Shown piece after piece: positions 27,447 to 32,000 of a stretch of 32,000 nucleotides of DNA; the stretch's first letter is position 1, and each line of letters opens with the position of its first letter. Origin of the DNA: Paramicrosporidium saccamoebae KSL3 (taxonomy: Eukaryota; Fungi; Cryptomycota). Location: positions 11,119 through 43,118 of the forward strand of contig MTSL01000008.1 of NCBI GenBank assembly GCA_002794465.1, in the 5' to 3' direction. Both the position numbers and the translations under genes were made by a program. Below the pieces are notes generated by a model. It made no database searches, was not told the DNA's origin, and was given only the letters and a program-made list of their open reading frames with translations.

Positions 27447-27735
27447 AAGCAATCTCTGATGAGTACTGATTGTTAAGAGCCAACTCTGATGAGTATTGAT
27501 AATTACAAGCAAGCTCTACTAATGAGTATTAATTATTAAAAGCAAACTCTGATGAGCATTGATTACTAAGAACAAACCCTTTAAAAACACTGATAACTGA
27601 GAACAGAGGCCCCCAAAACACTGATAACTGAGAACAGAGACCCCCCAAAACACTGATAATTTAAAACAGAAATCCCCCAGAATAGTGATTATCGAAAACA
27701 GAGGCCCCCGAATACTGTGAATTGAAATCAGAAAA
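27447..27735. repeat. ~30-bp minisatellite, about 9-10 degenerate units, between the CDIN1 stop and the eRF1 start
   Basis: Early units read aagcaa.ctctgatgagta.tgat; later units read gagaacagag.ccccaaaacactgataact. Confidence 0.9.
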
Positions 27736-27737
27736 TT

Positions 27738-28679
27738 TTATTCCTCAGTATCGCACTCTTTGGGTCTATGGGTGAGGGCAAGATCCATCATGGGCGATTC
27801 GATACGGGTGATGCGGGAATCTTCTGGAAAGTCGCCCAACACGGCCACGCCCTTTTGATGGTGTCCCTCCACGGCCTCATCTACGAATCCAAACCAGTAA
27901 ATCACCAGTCCCGGACCAAATCTATTGTAATACGGCCAATATTGGTCCCGCAGATAGGTTGCATGACTGGGAGGGTCGCCAAACCACGCTTTGCTCTCTA
28001 TCCATTTGACAACCAAACCATCAACAGCAATTGGCTCCAGGAGTACGGCGTCTGGAGTGCGGGCATAGCCCATCCTGCGCATTCCCGGTTCGTCGAGATA
28101 TGCAATTCCTAGACGGTCAAGATATGCATTCAGACGGTCTTCATACTCCTTCCCAATGCTGTTCCGAAAAGCGTCCATGGCGGGGCTGTAATGAGTGTCC
28201 ACCGAATGGCAATGCTGCACATTCAGCCGTAGTCCTTCATGCGTTATAAGTGTTGGGTCGCGGTACCATTTGGAATGGGATGGTCTTTTGACGGCGGGTT
28301 TACTCTCAGCCAACTCGAGATCGTCCAAGTCGCACGTAATGCTCTGTACTTTACAAGCTAGACTCTCCACAAAGGCCCGCACAATGACACGAGCCAAGTA
28401 GCATGGCGGCACCAAATGCAGTTCCTTGGTCATCTTTTCAATAACGTCTACGCTTCCCTCGTCATTCCACCGGACGAGGAATCGCTCAAGCAGTTCAGCG
28501 GGCGGTATTTTGAGTCCCTCAAATTTCCAGATACGACGACGTCCAATACTCTGAATCTGTCGCAAGTTGACTCCCTCAATTGTCTTTAAATTGGTGACAT
28601 TGCAATATTCTGTGGCCAGACTAGCAGGCTCTTCAGTGATCAGCCTATGACAAATTTCCTCATACAGTGACTGTTTCAT
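27738..28679 (-). CDS. CDIN1: CDIN1/C15orf41-like (TPD domain) restriction-endonuclease-fold protein
   Basis: GKEYE..L...L...GIAY.DE...R..GYARTPD.VL..PI..DG.VV.WIESKA.FGD and Y.NRFGPGLVIYWFGF. Likely start ATG 28679. Confidence 0.85.
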   Translation of the reverse strand: MKQSLYEEICHRLITEEPASLATEYCNVTNLKTIEGVNLRQIQSIGRRRIWKFEGLKIPPAELLERFLVRWNDEGSVDVIEKMTKELHLVPPCYLARVIVRAFVESLACKVQSITCDLDDLELAESKPAVKRPSHSKWYRDPTLITHEGLRLNVQHCHSVDTHYSPAMDAFRNSIGKEYEDRLNAYLDRLGIAYLDEPGMRRMGYARTPDAVLLEPIAVDGLVVKWIESKAWFGDPPSHATYLRDQYWPYYNRFGPGLVIYWFGFVDEAVEGHHQKGVAVLGDFPEDSRITRIESPMMDLALTHRPKECDTEE

Positions 28680-28702
28680 CGGTACAATGATGCAATGGTA
28701 CA

Positions 28703-28742
28703 GTAGTAATGTGGTAATGTAGTAACGTGGTAACGTGGTAAA
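28703..28742. repeat. 8-bp repeat GTRGTAA(T/C/A) x5 in the CDIN1/PEP7 divergent promoter
   Basis: gtagtaat gtggtaat gtagtaac gtggtaac gtggtaaa. Confidence 0.85.
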
Positions 28743-28828
28743 TAATTTTCCCTTTCTCATGAATGACATTAATGCGGGTGGAATCCCTACGTAAATATAT
28801 ACACCGATGCAATTTATGATTGGCTGCA

Positions 28829-30460
28829 ATGTCTAGTGACGAGGAATGTCGAGGCCGAACAAAAACTGGAGACAGTTCGGACGCGTGCACCTTTACCGAC
28901 GCTCTTTCTGAAACCCACAGCTGTTTAGATGAGGCTGCTAGTAATATTTCCCTCTCTTCCCTCCTCCCCACCACTGCTCAGGACGCCCGTCGTCGCCAGG
29001 CAGACACTCACACTCTCCTCAACCCCGAAGAACCCAAGCTGACCACCAAAATAGCCGGCTGGATGAAGAATGCCGCTACTTATTTTGACGTAAAACCCAC
29101 AACTGTGCTGCGTAAGAGCTCATCAGGAAACATTGTGCAGCGTGTACAGTCAAGTCCGCAGCCAAGAATTGTTGATGCTACCGACAGCATTTGTTCCTTT
29201 CCCAATTGCGTACAGCCGCTGAACATTGCAGTGAGTCGCTTTCACTGTCGGCGGTGCAATGGATGGTATTGTGCAATGCATACGGGTCATCCCTCATTGG
29301 GCATGAAATTGGTGGTGGGTACGGGCGAGCCAAGTCCAACCGGCGTATGGTCACGGGTCTGTCTGCGGTGTTTTGAGGAAAAATATCGCTTCGAGGGCGC
29401 AGTAGTAGTCCGAGGGAGAATGGATCTGCTACTGGAACGGAGAAAGGAGGCCTTGAAGTCCCTGGTGGAAGAGGCGCGGGTATTAAAGGATCGGTTGACC
29501 AAATTGGGAGAGTACAAAGCGTCGCGCAGAATTCCATTTAGAGTCTATGAGCAGCAGATTGTCACATGGCAAGAGGACAGCAGCGTGAATAATTGTCAGT
29601 ATTGTCATTTGCGATTTTCGACAGTAAATAGAAAACATCACTGTCGACTGTGTGGTCGGATTATGTGTGCAGAGTCGACATGTTCAGTGTTCTTCCCCCT
29701 AAACCTCACTGATGGCAAAGTCATTGATCTGCGTCTCTGCACCCAATGCGAAAATACAGCCTTACGACGGCCACTCATCAGGAAGGAGTTGACCAAGATT
29801 AGTCCTTTACAACCACTTCATAGAGAATTACGCCAAGTCAAGGACCAAATCGACGACATTCTGCCCCGATTCAATGATCAGCTCTATCGATTTGAATATG
29901 AAATGGAGCGGCCCGTTCCATCCGAGCAACTTGTTTTAGACGCGCGTCATGAGTCTATGACTGCCCGAGACACTTTGATGCTGCTCTTCAGGCATTACGA
30001 GGGAATCTCCAAAAAAATCAAAATGCTGCATGTCAAAAACGATACCCAAGAATCGCTACTTGGTGAGAATATTCATCGCGCAGCCATGATTTATCTACAA
30101 AGCAACATGTTCTCTCTCCAGATGCTGCCCCGATTAGATATGAAGAGACTGCAGCGTCCTGCTCCAATCTCCATTCCGTCAGTAGCTCCCAGCGAGCGGA
30201 GTAGCGCTGCCTCGTCATTCCTACCGCGCATCTTTCGCGGGACTGTCGAGGAAGATGGCCCAATCCCATTACCGGCCAACATTTCTGCATTGGAGCAAAA
30301 ACTGGAAGTGTTATTTGAGCAAAAGGAACAGCTGGAGGGATTTTTGGCTGCGGCTGTCAACGCCCAACGGTTCGATGAAGTGCGGACATTGAGATTGTCG
30401 TTGGAAGATGTATGTAGAGAGATTGCCACCATCCAGCGCATATTTCGTCGCTTAGAATAA
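28829..30460 (+). CDS. PEP7: Double-FYVE Rab effector (Pep7/Vac1/rabenosyn-5)
   Basis: FYVE-like RFHCRRCNGWYC..HT and canonical WQEDSSVNNCQYCHLRFSTVNRKHHCRLCGRIMC, coiled coils, and a C-terminal Rab-binding-like helix pair (QLEGFLAAAVNAQRFDEVRTL). Confidence 0.85.
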   Translation: MSSDEECRGRTKTGDSSDACTFTDALSETHSCLDEAASNISLSSLLPTTAQDARRRQADTHTLLNPEEPKLTTKIAGWMKNAATYFDVKPTTVLRKSSSGNIVQRVQSSPQPRIVDATDSICSFPNCVQPLNIAVSRFHCRRCNGWYCAMHTGHPSLGMKLVVGTGEPSPTGVWSRVCLRCFEEKYRFEGAVVVRGRMDLLLERRKEALKSLVEEARVLKDRLTKLGEYKASRRIPFRVYEQQIVTWQEDSSVNNCQYCHLRFSTVNRKHHCRLCGRIMCAESTCSVFFPLNLTDGKVIDLRLCTQCENTALRRPLIRKELTKISPLQPLHRELRQVKDQIDDILPRFNDQLYRFEYEMERPVPSEQLVLDARHESMTARDTLMLLFRHYEGISKKIKMLHVKNDTQESLLGENIHRAAMIYLQSNMFSLQMLPRLDMKRLQRPAPISIPSVAPSERSSAASSFLPRIFRGTVEEDGPIPLPANISALEQKLEVLFEQKEQLEGFLAAAVNAQRFDEVRTLRLSLEDVCREIATIQRIFRRLE

Positions 30461-30515
30461 AGTTGTAAATATCATACTGTTTATGCAACACTTATAAAGA
30501 GATGTAATATCTATT

Positions 30516-30697
30516 TGTCGCGTAGTAATGATGATACCGCAGACTTTTTCAGGCAGGGACCAGTTTACTGTTAATCCAACAACATAATTCAGGCGAGGAG
30601 AGGTGAAAGGAAATCTTGTTCACTACTAATCTCAAAATCGGAAGGATACAGATTTCACTATTCTCAAATACCCAACTAATCAATCCTCTACATTACA
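30516..30697 (+). mobile_element. Copy III of the TGT...ACA element, 182 bp
   Basis: Starts TGTCGCGTAGT and ends CTACATTACA. TSD TATT at 30512-30515 and 30698-30701. It shares gtttactg(c/t)taatcc and a 20-nt ccaactaatcaatcctctac with copy I. Confidence 0.85.
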
Positions 30698-30703
30698 TAT
30701 TCA

Positions 30704-30780
30704 TCTTCCCTAGTGTGTCGCTACGACATGGGCAATGTTGGTATTTCTTGCCAATATCGTAGCGACACACTAGGGAAAGA
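30704..30780. repeat. Long inverted repeat / hairpin with a 21-bp perfect stem
   Basis: ttccctagtgtgtcgctacga (30706-30726) pairs with tcgtagcgacacactagggaa (30757-30777). Inner ggcaa/ttgcc stem and a 12-nt loop. Confidence 0.92.
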
Positions 30781-31427
30781 CTACTCGGGATCCTTTGGCC
30801 GTTCCAGTAGTATACGAGGATACACCAAAAAGTCAATAACCCAACCTACCAGGAGTATCTTGGCTCCGTCTCCGATGAACCGAACTGCAATAAAGAATGT
30901 TGCAAAGAAAGGGATATATCCAAGACCGATTACTCTCAAGCCGAGTTGGATTTTGGGGGGAGCCGATGCCACATTCGATAGAATGTTAGCGAAGAGCCTC
31001 AGCAACAGCTCCTTCCAGGAGCTCAATGGGTAGTCGTCCGGATCTAACCCAGGATTGGCTTTCTTCACGTACCAAGTCAGCTTTTTGATCCAGGCGCTCC
31101 GCGAAATGAGTAGAAAATATCGCCAGAGCTAATACAACGATCGTTGATATTGCCGTCCACGCCTTCAACGTACCTTTCATGAAAGGTGCGCTTGCTGCAA
31201 GCAGTAGCCACACCCGCAACACGTGTACATGGGGATCACGGTTAGCCATTTGGATGACCGTACTCAAGCACGCCATTGTGCAAACACCGAGCATCGTAAG
31301 GATGTACCCACATTCTGACCCCATTCGTGTCAATTCGGCGACTATAAAACAGGTCAGTACAAAGATTGCGGGTACCTGCGATGGGTGTAAAATGCGAAAA
31401 CAGACAGGCTGTGTCAACACGTAGCAT
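30781..31427 (-). pseudogene. Multi-TM membrane protein, tandem copy 2; 34-nt GT-AG intron at 31342-31375; +1 frameshift at the A5 run 31082-31086 (pseudogene, slippage or sequence error)
   Basis: MLRVDTACLFSHFTPIA|VAELTRM..VCTMACLST..HVLRVWLLLAASAPFMKG, with a TACTGAC branch point. Similarity to copy 1 continues only in the +1 frame (KKANPGLDPDDYPLSSWKELLLR). Confidence 0.55.
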
Positions 31428-31429
31428 GA

Positions 31430-31941
31430 TTTGTTGGAGACTCGTTGCATGCCTCTCAGGGCAGACATCGCGCTTGCTAAAACATTTAACAAGCACCGGA
31501 GTCCCAGTTCACCCCCAAAAGCCTAATGGGCTGATTTCTGGGCGCAGTTTAGGGTCGGCGTTTTCATTAATCAAAGCCAACCTCTTGACAAAAGCCCGTC
31601 CGGGCAGGCGCTCCGCGCAAAATGTCAACAGCACGATCAGGAGCAAGAGAACAATTACGGCGACAGCAGCCCAAGCCTTCGTGTTGCCCCTCATGAAGGG
31701 TGCGCTTACCGCAAGCAGCAGCCATACCCACAGCACGTGAACACTGGGATCCCACTTGGCCATTTGTAGGGCAGTGCTCAGGCACGCCACTGTGCAGACG
31801 CTTAGAAGTGTGATGGCGTTTCCGTATTGGGGCCAAAGTTGGATTCCTCCAGTGACTACACAGCATATCAGTAAGCGAATGGCATGTATCCGCGATGTTA
31901 GCGAGGTGGGCAAAGATGAAGGCTGTGCCAATGCGTAGCAT
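31430..31941 (-). pseudogene. Multi-TM membrane protein, tandem copy 1 (514 bp offset); homologous 34-nt intron at 31856-31889 has an AT donor; +1 frameshift at the G5 run 31512-31516
   Basis: MLRIGTAFIFAHLANIA|VTGGIQLW..VCTVACLST..HVLWVWLLLAVSAPFMRG. After FWG the +1 frame ELGLRCLLNVLASAMSA aligns with copy 2 ELLLRLFANILSNVASA, with many synonymous differences. Confidence 0.5.
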
Positions 31942-32000
31942 GAGTGGCGGGAGACTCACTGCAGGGCATGTTAAATGCCAACACAATGATTGTCCCAAAA

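Noticed and set aside
27456-27556. Repeated CTGATGAG resembling the hammerhead ribozyme core or snoRNA C boxes
   Set aside because: No stem II followed by GAAA and no closing stems. The motif is simply part of the minisatellite unit.
27447-27735. CRISPR-like array
   Set aside because: Units are contiguous and degenerate with no unique spacers, there are no cas genes, and the context is eukaryotic.
30711-30772. CACTA transposon termini in the hairpin
   Set aside because: The order is TAGTG...CACTA, the reverse of a CACTA element, and there is no 3-bp TSD.
31043-31071. GTACGT...TTAG 29-nt candidate intron as a fix for the copy 2 frameshift
   Set aside because: Removing it gives the wrong frame with an early stop, and deletes residues that align with copy 1.

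Overview
This is a very compact, gene-dense eukaryotic window with about 21 protein genes or gene models, 2 tRNAs, introns mostly 29-37 nt, and divergent promoters as short as 25 bp. The proteins look fungal/opisthokont. The compaction, mini-introns, cofactor-independent phosphoglycerate mutase and a retained complex I subunit suggest an early-diverging rozellid or microsporidia relative such as Paramicrosporidium; this is inference, not verified. Gene order: CHD1 (partial), catalase, PP2A-A, RIO2, IPI1, secreted orphan, ERV41-like, IPI3, tRNA-Trp, NDH-2, RPS3, p24/EMP24, DOM34, ARP5, NDUFB3, S/E-repeat orphan, tRNA-Thr, an AMT1/MTA1-type adenine methyltransferase, iPGM, eRF1, CDIN1, PEP7/VAC1, and a tandem pair of disrupted membrane-protein genes. 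Main features the ORF track misses: (1) three paralogous box C/D snoRNAs, one in the RPS3 intron and two in the introns of an unannotated spliced non-coding host gene convergent with RPS3, with candidate rRNA guides including one complementary to the sarcin-ricin loop; (2) three copies of a 180-225 bp TGT...ACA element, each with a perfect 4-bp target-site duplication and each between convergent gene ends; (3) two introns with non-GT donors (GG-AG in catalase, AT-AG in a membrane gene); (4) a decayed triplication of the RIO2 5' end; (5) a 77-nt near-perfect hairpin. All coordinates and alignments were done by eye, and rRNA target and homology statements rely on remembered conserved sequences and need a database check.
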